A DNA stretch of 64,000 nt from Bacteroidia bacterium (GTDB lineage: Bacteria > Bacteroidota > Bacteroidia > J057 > RFSG01), in assembly GCA_040381555.1 (NCBI GenBank), contig JBEIHC010000002.1:2188-66187 (forward strand), in the 5' to 3' direction. Positions within the stretch are counted from its first letter, which is position 1. Every line of letters starts with the position of its first letter. The notes under the pieces are model-generated. The model did not search any database and was not told the origin of the DNA. It saw only the letters and a program-made list of their open reading frames with translations. Below, piece by piece: positions 46,541 through 55,896 of the stretch. The translations under genes were made by a program, and so were the position numbers.

Positions 46541-46928
46541 GAATAGTGCGGTTAATTCAGCGCAAAATTAAGGGATATGATGTGCTTTTACATAGGTAAA
46601 AGTGGCTATTCAATTCTTGGCTACTTAGAATTCAAAAAAAGTAAAAGGAAGTACAAAGCATTAGGCCAAGTAATTAGGATGCATAATCATTCAAAAAACT
46701 GATATAAATCATAAAGCTCAAAACAAACATAAATGCTAATAAACATTTGATTCATAACATATTAAGATATATCCAGATTGAAATAGGCTCCAACACTTCT
46801 CTATTAAAAACACAGGTAGGATTTAAAAAAACCTGTAATTTTGTTTCTATCAATTTAAATCTAACGAACGGAAAAAAGAAAACTTCCGTTTAGGATTGAG
46901 TTGTACTTATTGCCTTACCATTTTCTTG

Positions 46929-47666
46929 ATGATCATCTACATTTTCTTTTTCGCTCACTGGTATCTTTCCTTATTCACCCAGTCATTCTTTCATCATCGT
47001 TACTCTGCTCACAGACAATTCACTATGTCCCCTTTCATGGAGAAAGTGTTTTATTTTCTGTCCTGGATATTTCAGGGTAGTTCCTATTTGAGTCCCAGGG
47101 CCTATGGAATTTTACATCGTATGCATCATGCTCATACAGATACTCCACAGGACCCACACTCCCCGAAATATGATGGCACATTATTCAAAATGATGTGGAA
47201 GACAAAGAATATCTATAACGATATCTTATACAATCGTTTTTCCATAGAAAGTCAATATTTAAAGAATTTGCCCGTTTGGGAGGGCATGGATCGTTTGGCG
47301 GATTCTTGGGTTAGCCGCTTATTCTGGTCAGCATTCTATATTGCTTTCTATGTGTATTTTGTAGAAATGCCTGAACATTGGTATCAATTTTTTTTATTAC
47401 CCATTCATTTTGTCATGGGTCCTTTCCATGGTGCGGTTATCAATTGGTTTGCCCATAAGTATGGATACCGGAATCATGAATTGGAAGATACATCTCGTAA
47501 TTTGATGTTTCCAGACATATTAATGTGGGGAGAAGGGTATCATAATAATCATCATAAATTTCCTTCCCGCGCGAATTTTGGTACCAAATGGTATGAAATA
47601 GACCCTATGTACCCCTTGATTATTCTATTTAGCAAGGTGGGAATCATCAAAATGGCTCGGGCATAA
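46929..47666 (+). CDS. Acyl-CoA (delta-9-type) fatty acid desaturase
   Basis: Three histidine boxes (HHRYSAH, HRMHHAHTD, HNNHH). The ATG at 46929 is preferred over the TTG at 46896. Confidence 0.85.
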   Translation: MIIYIFFFAHWYLSLFTQSFFHHRYSAHRQFTMSPFMEKVFYFLSWIFQGSSYLSPRAYGILHRMHHAHTDTPQDPHSPKYDGTLFKMMWKTKNIYNDILYNRFSIESQYLKNLPVWEGMDRLADSWVSRLFWSAFYIAFYVYFVEMPEHWYQFFLLPIHFVMGPFHGAVINWFAHKYGYRNHELEDTSRNLMFPDILMWGEGYHNNHHKFPSRANFGTKWYEIDPMYPLIILFSKVGIIKMARA

Positions 47667-47780
47667 GCCAGACAGTTAAGCTACAGAGTATCTGTAATTA
47701 ACTGCCTGACTTTCCACCCGCCTGTGTCGAAGTAATTCACGACACTTTCATCCACATTCCGTATAATTTATCGGATTTCG

Positions 47781-48773
47781 TTAGGCCACTAGAACATCTT
47801 TCAAAGCGGCAGGGGGCTGTAGGTAAAGACGGCAAAGACGCAGGGTTTCCATCTCCAGACCCAGCACCTCATGTGCAGTGCTCAGTCGTTTATCTTCAGC
47901 TTCGCGGAAGTACCGGATCGCCCGGTGCAGGGTATTTCTGTCCACCTGCTTCTCAATCCAGGCACGCACATCAATTTCTCCGCATAAGTGAAGTTTTTCA
48001 AGATAGCCTCTTACCGTGGACTCTTTGATGCCCTTCATTCGAGCGATATCATGGGAGTCCATTCCTTGTTCAAACAGAGTTTTGGTTTCCTGAAATGTTG
48101 GTCTGACAACCGATTTGAACACGCGACTTACGGCCCGCATTTTTTCCTGATTTTGGAAAGATTGAATCACTTCCAAAATTCGGGTGCCATACTGTTTTAC
48201 TTTCCAGGGTCCAATCCCATAAACCTGAAGCAACTCCTGTTCACTTCCAGGCCTGGCAATGCATAAATGCAGAAGGGTTGTCTCCGTAAATACTGCCCGG
48301 GAAGCTTTACCTTCCTCCTGAGCAATTTTCTCCCGCAAATCATACAGTCTATAACGCAGCCTTAACTCCGGCTTGCCTGGAAAAATTTTTTCTCCTCGGT
48401 GAAATAAATCATCCGGCTTCTCCAAAAAATCCTTTCCAACTCGACTAGTACGAACTAAGGGATACTCTCCCGTAGACTGATACAGCAATCCTTTCCGAAT
48501 TAAAAAACACAAAAACTCCTTTGCCTGATACCGGCTTAAATGCATTAAAGACCCAAAAGTCTCTATGCTTCCATGTTCCGGTCTACGAAATTTCATTTCA
48601 ATGTCTCCCGTTAAGAGTTGGATTAAATAACCCATCCCATAACGACCTTCGGTCAAAACCGCTGTCTTCAGCGCACACACTGCCATCTCTGTCAGGTTCT
48701 GATCACCTGGGCAGCCAACGGCCTCACTGCCATTCTTTTTTTTTGTTTCCATTGTATCCTCCTCTTTGTACAT
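47781..48773 (-). CDS. Stand-alone RecQ C-terminal-like protein: RQC winged helix, HRDC and C-terminal HTH, with no helicase core
   Basis: RQC-like segment YGMGYLIQLLTGD...FGSLMHLSRYQAKEFLCFLIRKGLL. HRDC-like segment LYDLREKIAQEEGKASRAVFTETTLLHLCIARPGSEQELLQVYGIGPWKVKQYG. HTH-like segment DIARMKGIKESTVRGYLEKL. The ORF is open to a GTG at 48824, with ATGs at 48773 and 48752. Confidence 0.65.
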   Translation of the reverse strand: MYKEEDTMETKKKNGSEAVGCPGDQNLTEMAVCALKTAVLTEGRYGMGYLIQLLTGDIEMKFRRPEHGSIETFGSLMHLSRYQAKEFLCFLIRKGLLYQSTGEYPLVRTSRVGKDFLEKPDDLFHRGEKIFPGKPELRLRYRLYDLREKIAQEEGKASRAVFTETTLLHLCIARPGSEQELLQVYGIGPWKVKQYGTRILEVIQSFQNQEKMRAVSRVFKSVVRPTFQETKTLFEQGMDSHDIARMKGIKESTVRGYLEKLHLCGEIDVRAWIEKQVDRNTLHRAIRYFREAEDKRLSTAHEVLGLEMETLRLCRLYLQPPAALKDVLVA

Positions 48774-49100
48774 GATGACGCTAAGTTCGGGGGCAATTCC
48801 AGAATTCTTTACGGACAAATTCACTCAAAATTCTACCCTTTTGAGCATCCTTAAAAATAGATAATAAAATAATTTATTTTGATAGGTAGCTGATTATAAA
48901 GGTTTTAGTTTCGGACATTTCAAGCATGTTTTTACTCCATTTTCCTTAATAATAAATTTTTACCATTACTGACGAATACCCTAAACTGAGCTTTCAAAAC
49001 CTTATTCCTATACTCTCAAGGCTTTTAATTCAAATAGAGATTCAAAGTTTCTTCTATATTTGAGTAATCCCGATAAGAACCCTTAATTTTATACCAAATT

Positions 49101-51605
49101 GTGAAACTCCCTCATGCAACCTTATGGCTCCTCTGCATATTGGTTGGGTTTTATCCCTGCCAGTTAGCCTTTGCCCAAACACAGATACAAATTTCGGGAA
49201 CTGTGCAGGAAGAAGATACAGGTGAACCCCTTGCTTTTTGTAGGATACGCTTAGACTCCACCTCTATTGGATCCATGAGTAATGATGAAGGGGGGTTTAC
49301 TCTTTCAGCGCCTCCTGGCACCTATACACTCATTGCTTATTTTGTAGGCTATAAACCTTGGAAGAAAACAATTATCCTCACAGCAGGAAACCCAGCTATT
49401 CATTTAGATATTAAACTGCAAATTAATGACCTAATCGAAGAAATTCTTATTACTGGAAAATCCGTTAATCCTGCCCATAGGATAATCCAAAATGCGATTG
49501 CTAACCGAAAATATAATTCGTTTGAAAAAATCGACGCATACGAGTATTCGGCCTATAACAAAATGGTTATAAGTATGGATAAAATAACTGATGCATTTCT
49601 GAATCAACGATTATTGCGTAAAGCCTCAGGTGTATTAGAATCAATTAAACAGGATTCTGCCGTTCAGGATTCTGGAAAATATAAATTAGCCGTGTTTGTT
49701 TCTGAAAGTATGTCAAAAGCTTATTTCTGCAAACCCGGACAAGCAAAGGAAGAAATACAGGCCGTGAAAACATCGGGTGTTGCCAGTAGTGAATATAACC
49801 TGCTGAACTCCATGGTGACCAACCTAAGTATCTATGATAATTTTGTGGTTATTCTGGAAAAACAATTTATGAGTCCTATTGCGGAAGGGGCTTTTTCTAA
49901 TTACGATTATTTTATTCGGAATATTCAAACAGAAGGTACAGATACTTTATGGGGAATAGAAATAATTCCCAGAAGAAAATATGATAAGGTTTTTAAAGGA
50001 ACAATTTATATCGACAATAAAGACTGGGCTGTTAATAGAATTGATCTCACCATGAACGATAATCCCAATATCAATTTTATTGAGGATATTCGCATTCGTC
50101 AAACTTTTTATAAGCAGGATAGCTTTTGGATTCCAAGTCTGATGGATGTAGAGGTTAATTTTATTAATGGGATTATTAAAGGTAAACAAGGAGATGGACC
50201 TGGACTAATTGGTCGGGTTTCTTCTTATCGCTTTGACTATACCCTCAACAAACCGCGTAAGCCGACATTTTACAAGCAGGAGGCTGTTGAATTTGAACAA
50301 GGAGCTGAGAGGTTTGGAAATGACACAACCTATTGGAAAAACAATCGGGTAATACCCTTAGATCGTTCTGAACAACTCGGGTATGCCTTAGTAGATTCCT
50401 TACAAAGCAGAGGGTTTCTGGACTTTTACATAAATGCAATTAGACTCGTTACCTTCGGAATGAAGGAGTTTAAGTATTTTGACCTAGGTCCTTATTTTTA
50501 TATTTTTGGCTTCAATCAGGTTGAAGGTCCACGCACCCGAATTGGATTATACAGTCGTAGTGAATTAAGTAAATTCGCCTACTTTGGAGGTCATATAGCT
50601 TATGGTCTCTGGGATCAGCGCTACAAGTATAATGGTTATGTCAAATTTCGCTTGAATCAAAAGCCAAAATTTGAAATCGGCGCTTCCCGTACACAAGAAG
50701 TCGAGCAAACAGGATTCTTTGATTTCATCAATAACGGCTCAAGTTTGTTAGCAACTATGCTCAGGCGTGTCCCGTTCATGCAATTGAATTACTTTACAGA
50801 AAACAAGGTATTTATCAATTGGGATGTTTCCAGAGGAATTGCTGCGAACTTCTACCTGAGAAATAAATTTTTTGAGCCTGCCTTCACCTTCCCTTTTCGA
50901 TTTGAATATCCGGAGAGTGGATTATTCGGCCGAAATTATACTATTACCGAAGCTGCACTGAATTTTCGAATCTCTTTTAAAGAAAGATATATTATGCGCG
51001 ATGGAAATAAGATTTATATCAGCACGAAATTTCCTGTATTTAATCTGTTTGCCGCTTATGGACGCCCGGGAATATTTGGAGGTGACTTTGAATATCGAAA
51101 ATGTAATTTGAACATTTCGGATAAAGTACGGGTAGGACGATTCGGATATACTGCCTATCATCTGAATGTGGGAAAAATCTGGGGAACCCTACCCTATCCT
51201 TCTTTGTATGTATTTCAGGGAAATCAAACTTGGGGATTTGACCCGCGAGGATATAACTTAATGAATTATCTAGAATTTGTAGCAGATGAATATATTTCTG
51301 TAGCGCTAGATCATCACTTGGAAGGGTGGGTGTGGAATAAATTTCCCGCATTGCGTAAACTGAAATTTAAAGAGGTGCTCACTGCTCGATTGGCCTATGG
51401 AAGCCTCAACGATAAGAATCTTGCTTTTAACCTTTCCTCTCAACAAATGGTACAAGCTCCTACCCATGTGCCTTATCTTGAAACCGGTATGGGAATCGAA
51501 AACATATTAAAAGTGTTGCGGGTAGACGCAGTATGGCGATTAAATTATCATGTACCAACCGCCAATCGTTTTGGAATACGATTCTATTTGACTTTACAAT
51601 TCTGA
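49101..51605 (+). CDS. DUF5686 / carboxypeptidase-regulatory-like domain outer-membrane protein
   Basis: 834 aa. Signal peptide, then a CarbopepD_reg-like N-terminal domain (ISGTVQEEDTGEPLAFCRIRL...GYKPWKK), followed by a long beta-rich region. GTG start. Confidence 0.65.
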   Translation: MKLPHATLWLLCILVGFYPCQLAFAQTQIQISGTVQEEDTGEPLAFCRIRLDSTSIGSMSNDEGGFTLSAPPGTYTLIAYFVGYKPWKKTIILTAGNPAIHLDIKLQINDLIEEILITGKSVNPAHRIIQNAIANRKYNSFEKIDAYEYSAYNKMVISMDKITDAFLNQRLLRKASGVLESIKQDSAVQDSGKYKLAVFVSESMSKAYFCKPGQAKEEIQAVKTSGVASSEYNLLNSMVTNLSIYDNFVVILEKQFMSPIAEGAFSNYDYFIRNIQTEGTDTLWGIEIIPRRKYDKVFKGTIYIDNKDWAVNRIDLTMNDNPNINFIEDIRIRQTFYKQDSFWIPSLMDVEVNFINGIIKGKQGDGPGLIGRVSSYRFDYTLNKPRKPTFYKQEAVEFEQGAERFGNDTTYWKNNRVIPLDRSEQLGYALVDSLQSRGFLDFYINAIRLVTFGMKEFKYFDLGPYFYIFGFNQVEGPRTRIGLYSRSELSKFAYFGGHIAYGLWDQRYKYNGYVKFRLNQKPKFEIGASRTQEVEQTGFFDFINNGSSLLATMLRRVPFMQLNYFTENKVFINWDVSRGIAANFYLRNKFFEPAFTFPFRFEYPESGLFGRNYTITEAALNFRISFKERYIMRDGNKIYISTKFPVFNLFAAYGRPGIFGGDFEYRKCNLNISDKVRVGRFGYTAYHLNVGKIWGTLPYPSLYVFQGNQTWGFDPRGYNLMNYLEFVADEYISVALDHHLEGWVWNKFPALRKLKFKEVLTARLAYGSLNDKNLAFNLSSQQMVQAPTHVPYLETGMGIENILKVLRVDAVWRLNYHVPTANRFGIRFYLTLQF

Positions 51606-51664
51606 TGAACAATTTTATTTGTACACTTTTAAAACCATAAACTTTATCCCTTCAACTATTTCTT

Positions 51665-53257
51665 ATGATTTATAAATCCCCTGTACTCATTGCTGGATCT
51701 GGTGTAGCTGGATTATTTTTAGCCTTGAAGCTGGCTAAGTTTACCAAAGTGCTTTTGATAACTAAAACGGAAATTACGGAAAGTAATACTCGATATGCAC
51801 AGGGAGGTATTGCCGGCGTGTTTTCTGGTCAGGATAGTTTTGAGAAGCATGTGCAGGATACTCTAACTGCTGGTGATGGTTTGTGTAAAATTGAAACCGT
51901 ACAAAAAGTAGTAGAGCAAGGGCCTGCTCGAATTAGAGAACTTATGGAAATAGGAGCACGATTTGACCGTCAGGATGATGGAAGTCTTCTATTGGCTAAA
52001 GAAGGGGGGCATTCAGAAAGTCGAATTTTACATTCGCATGACGCTACGGGGGCAGAAATAGAGCGGGCTTTAGTGGAAGCTGTTCGCAATCACCCAAACA
52101 TTACTGTACATGAACATGTTTTTGCTGTCGATTTAATTACCCAGCATCATTTGGGCATGTATATTAATAGAGGGTATGATGGGATTGAATGTTATGGCAT
52201 GTATGCCCTTGAAATCGCGAATAGGGAAATTCACACCTATCTGGCAGCTCATGTAATACTCGCTACTGGCGGCGCTGGAAATGTCTATGCCAATACAACC
52301 AACCCTGCAGTAGCAACGGGAGATGGAATTGCCATGGCTCTAAGAGCAAAGGCCAGAATTGCTAATATGGAATTTTGTCAGTTTCATCCAACCGCACTGT
52401 TCGATCCGGGTATGCGTCCCGCTTTCTTAATTACCGAAGCTTTGAGAGGAAAGGGTGCCATATTAAAAAATGGCTGGAGCAAAGAACCTTTCATGCAAAA
52501 ATATGATGCCCGACTCAGTCTCGCACCCAGAGATATTGTTGCTCGTGCCATTGATAGTGAAATGAAAGCCAGTGGAACCGACTTTGTTTGGCTGGATGCT
52601 ACCCATATTCCCGCAGAGGAACTCAAACATGAGTTCCCTATGATTTATGAAACCTGCCTCTCAAAAGGAATTGACATTACCAAACAAATGATTCCGGTGG
52701 TACCTGCTATGCACTATCTATGCGGGGGTATTGATACCGATGCATCTGGTAGAACCTCCATCCGAAACTTATTTGCTTGCGGTGAATGCAGTCATACAGG
52801 ACTGCATGGGGCCAATCGTTTAGCATCCAATAGCTTGTTAGAAGGAATCGTTTATGCAGGCATTATCGCAGAGTATATTCAAGAGAATGGAACAGATGCG
52901 ACCATTCCAGATGACATACCAGCTTGGAACGATTCTAACACACTCAATACAGATGAGTGGATTTTAGTCTCACATAACTTTAGAGAAGTTCAAAATATTA
53001 TGTCCAATTATGTAGGTATCGTTCGAAGTAATGCCCGATTAGAAAGAGCCATGCGCCGCATACACTTAATTTATGAAGAAACAGAAAGCTTTTATCACAA
53101 ACATAAACTTTCGCCTGAATTGTGTGAGCTTCGAAATATCATTGCCTGTGCCTACCTTATTGTCAAATGTGCTCAGATACGGAAAGAAAGTAGAGGCCTG
53201 CATTTTACCACAGATTTTTTAGAAAAAAGAAAACAAGTTTGGAATACATTCGTATAA
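51665..53257 (+). CDS. nadB: L-aspartate oxidase
   Basis: 530 aa. FAD-binding VLIAGSGVAGL, AQGGIA, and the HPT and RLASNSLLEG motifs. Confidence 0.92.
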   Translation: MIYKSPVLIAGSGVAGLFLALKLAKFTKVLLITKTEITESNTRYAQGGIAGVFSGQDSFEKHVQDTLTAGDGLCKIETVQKVVEQGPARIRELMEIGARFDRQDDGSLLLAKEGGHSESRILHSHDATGAEIERALVEAVRNHPNITVHEHVFAVDLITQHHLGMYINRGYDGIECYGMYALEIANREIHTYLAAHVILATGGAGNVYANTTNPAVATGDGIAMALRAKARIANMEFCQFHPTALFDPGMRPAFLITEALRGKGAILKNGWSKEPFMQKYDARLSLAPRDIVARAIDSEMKASGTDFVWLDATHIPAEELKHEFPMIYETCLSKGIDITKQMIPVVPAMHYLCGGIDTDASGRTSIRNLFACGECSHTGLHGANRLASNSLLEGIVYAGIIAEYIQENGTDATIPDDIPAWNDSNTLNTDEWILVSHNFREVQNIMSNYVGIVRSNARLERAMRRIHLIYEETESFYHKHKLSPELCELRNIIACAYLIVKCAQIRKESRGLHFTTDFLEKRKQVWNTFV

Positions 53258-53272
53258 CTTTGCGATAAAATT

Positions 53273-54016
53273 ATGGATCTATTTACACATCCGGAATTCT
53301 GGATAAGCCTGCTCACACTTACCCTGATGGAAATTGTCCTCGGGATTGACAATATTATCTTTATCTCCATTATTGCAGGACGACTCCCAAAATCAGAACA
53401 AAAGCGCGCCCGAATGCTGGGATTGAGTTTAGCTCTGATTATACGGATTATTCTCCTTTTATTCATTTCTTGGCTGGCAGGATTAACGGAACCTGTTATT
53501 ACCGTATTAGACCAAGGATTTAGTGCCAGAGATTTAATTATGATGGGGGGAGGATTATTCTTACTAGGAAAAAGCACCTTGGAAATTCACCATAAATTAG
53601 AGGGGGAGGAAAATGAAGAAGGTAAAAAGTTAGTCAGAGCCTCTTTTAGTCAGATTATTTTTCAGATATTGTTATTAGATATTGTATTCTCCTTAGATTC
53701 AATTATTACGGCAATCGGATTGGTTAAAGAAGCAGGGATCATGATTGCAGCGGTAGTTATTTCAATGATCGTCATGATGATATTTGCAGGGAAAATTGGG
53801 GACTTCATTGAAAAACATCCTACCCTTAAAATGTTGGCCTTGTCTTTTTTATTGATGATTGGATTGGTTTTATTTGCTGAAGGGTTTGGAGTACATGTTC
53901 CCAAGGGATATATTTATTTTGCCATGGCCTTTTCCATATTAGTTGAAATGCTGAACATGCGCATGCTTAGAAAAAACAAGCCAGTACATTTGCGTAGTAA
54001 ATTTAAGGAAGATTAA
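53273..54016 (+). CDS. TerC family integral membrane protein
   Basis: 247 aa. LMEIVLGIDNIIFISI and DIVFSLDSIITAIG are the paired TerC motifs. Lies 15 nt after nadB. Confidence 0.85.
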   Translation: MDLFTHPEFWISLLTLTLMEIVLGIDNIIFISIIAGRLPKSEQKRARMLGLSLALIIRIILLLFISWLAGLTEPVITVLDQGFSARDLIMMGGGLFLLGKSTLEIHHKLEGEENEEGKKLVRASFSQIIFQILLLDIVFSLDSIITAIGLVKEAGIMIAAVVISMIVMMIFAGKIGDFIEKHPTLKMLALSFLLMIGLVLFAEGFGVHVPKGYIYFAMAFSILVEMLNMRMLRKNKPVHLRSKFKED

Positions 54017-54027
54017 TCTGCTTCCAT

Positions 54028-54567
54028 AGGACTTCTCGCAACGCAATTGTTTACATTTCCATCAGTTTGGATGGATATATCGCCGGTCCTAATCACAATC
54101 TTTCGTTTTTCGATTCCGTTCCGACTGAAGGAGAGGATTATGGATATTCTGAATTTGTCAGCCCAATAGATTGAGTAATTGGCGGAAAGCGTACTTATGA
54201 TACTGTCATAGGGATGGGGTATGGTTTTCCTCATCAGGATAAGGATGCTTGGATTATTGCGCGTATAGCTCAACCTGAGAAAGACAATGTTAAATTCCAC
54301 ACTGGGGATTTACCGTTTTAGTTGAAGAGTTAAAAACGGAAAGCAGGAAAAAATATTTTTATAGATGCGCGGGCTTGGGTGGTGAATGAATTATTACGAC
54401 TTCAACTCTTTGATAAAATTCATCTTTCTATTGTGCCTGTTTTATTTGGAAATGGGGTTCGGTTATTTCAGGGAAATTATCCTTCAGATGACTTTCAATT
54501 AATAGATTCGAAAAGCTACGATACCGGTTTGGTAAAATTAATTTATCACCGCAAACGGATTGTTTAA
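54028..54567 (+). pseudogene. Decayed dihydrofolate-reductase-family (RibD C-terminal domain) gene
   Basis: Frame 1 reads ...IVYISISLDGYIAGPN...EDYGYSEFVSPID*VIGGKRTYDTV... (TGA at 54172-54174). TVLVEELKTES is in another frame (54312-54345). Reading returns to GKNIFID...LSIVPVLFGNGVRLF (ORF 54379-54567). No start codon precedes the conserved N-terminus. Confidence 0.75.
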
Positions 54568-54633
54568 TTAACATTTTGGCATTAAGAGTACTTGTATGCC
54601 TCAACTTACAAGTATTTAAAATGCTTCAATTCC

Positions 54634-55058
54634 CAGTAAAATCTGCTTAGCGAGATTATCCAACAATTGTTTCCACTCTATCTGTGCAATTTGCGCACAA
54701 AACTAAATAACTAAAACAATCTGTAAAATCTGCGTAGCGAGATTATACTACATTTATTTCCATCCTATCTGTGTAATCTGTGGAATAAAAAACCAACAAC
54801 TAAAATAATCTGTACAATTTGCACAGCTTGTTTACCGCCCAATTATTTCCATCCCATCTGTGTAATCTGCGGAAAACATCCCAACAACTAAAATAATCTG
54901 TACAATTTGCACAGCTTGTTTACCGCCCAACTATTTCCATCCTATCTGTGTAATCTGCGGAAAACAACCCAACAACTAAAACAATCTGTACAATCTGCAC
55001 AGCTTGTTTACCGCCCAAATTTTTCCATCCCATCTGTGTAATCTGCGGAAAACAACCC
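54634..55058. repeat. Tandem array of five ~88-bp repeats
   Basis: Units start at 54634, 54721, 54810, 54898 and 54986 (periods 87, 89, 88, 88). The last three differ at about 4 of 88 positions. The first two are diverged in the central third but keep the AATCTGTA[AC]AAT[CT]TGC and TTTCCA..ATCTGTG.AAT.TG blocks. Confidence 0.9.
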
Positions 55059-55080
55059 ACTAATTCAGCAAGTTTATCCC

Positions 55081-55896
55081 TTACCTTCCAACCTCAAAAA
55101 AACCCGCGAATTTCGAATGTAAATTTCGTGCTTCCTTTGCTGCAGCTTCTGCATAATCAGCACCTGAACTTGCATACAATATCTGACGACCCACATTAAT
55201 GAGTACTTTAGGTGCAAGACTTTTCAAAACAGCATCGAGATCTCCTCCCTGTGTACCAATACCAGGAACTAGAAAAAATGTATCCGAAGCCATTTCCCGG
55301 ATGCCAGCTAAATCCTCGGGATGCGTGGCACCTACAACAAAACCTATGGTACCCTTAGCTTCTGTTTGCCAGCCAAGAGATTTTTCAATCACCCATTTAT
55401 ATAAAGGTTTACCTTCTATTTCTAAATATTGAAAATCAGCTGAACCAGAATTCGAGGTAAGGGCTAATATAAAAACCCATTTGCCGGAGTCTTGCAAAAA
55501 AGGCAGTACAGAATCCTTTCCCATATAAGGAGCAACGGTAATAGCATTTACTCCCGGAAAATCGAAAACAGCCTTCGCATACATAGAAGAAGTATTCCCT
55601 ATATCTCCTCTTTTCGCATCGGCAATCACAAATATTTCGTCTGGAATAAAGGATAAGGTTTCGGTCAGAATAGTATGCCCTACAGACCCGAGAGATTCAT
55701 AAAAGGCATAATTGGGTTTGTAGGCAACGGCATAAGGCAAAGTTGCCCGAATGATATTTTGATTGAACTCTAGAACCGATTCTGTTAAATCGATTCCCTT
55801 TAGACAAACGGGAAATTTGGATATATCCGGATCAAGCCCTACACAGAGAAAGGATTTTTTTTGAAGAATAAGGGCCTCTAATTCTTCCGGACGCAT
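55081..55896 (-). CDS. pyrF: Orotidine 5'-phosphate decarboxylase (type 2)
   Basis: 271 aa. LCVGLDPD, DAKRGDIGNT and the PGIGTQGG motifs. The start overlaps the upstream stop (TAATG). Confidence 0.9.
   Translation of the reverse strand: MRPEELEALILQKKSFLCVGLDPDISKFPVCLKGIDLTESVLEFNQNIIRATLPYAVAYKPNYAFYESLGSVGHTILTETLSFIPDEIFVIADAKRGDIGNTSSMYAKAVFDFPGVNAITVAPYMGKDSVLPFLQDSGKWVFILALTSNSGSADFQYLEIEGKPLYKWVIEKSLGWQTEAKGTIGFVVGATHPEDLAGIREMASDTFFLVPGIGTQGGDLDAVLKSLAPKVLINVGRQILYASSGADYAEAAAKEARNLHSKFAGFFEVGR

Noticed and set aside
53258-53272. yybP-ykoY (Mn2+) riboswitch upstream of the TerC-family gene
   Set aside because: Only 15 nt separate the nadB stop from the TerC start, which leaves no room for a riboswitch. 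The gene is probably co-transcribed with nadB.
53173-54300. Minus-strand ORFs of 134 aa (53173-53577), 80 aa (53662-53904) and 95 aa (54013-54300)
   Set aside because: The first spans the nadB/TerC junction antisense. The second is antisense to the TerC gene. The third is antisense to the RibD_C pseudogene, whose sense-strand remnants explain the region.
54634-55058. Possible CRISPR array
   Set aside because: The ~88-bp units are contiguous with no unique spacers between them. The period is far larger than a CRISPR repeat, there is no leader or cas gene in the window, and the units diverge internally rather than at fixed spacer positions.
54560-55080. Possible replication origin (DnaA-box cluster)
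   Set aside because: Only degenerate matches to TTATCCACA are present (TTATCCAAC, TTTCCACTC, TGTGGAATAA, TGCGGAAAA), and none is exact. There is no dnaA/dnaN nearby and no obvious AT-rich unwinding element. I cannot compute GC skew here.
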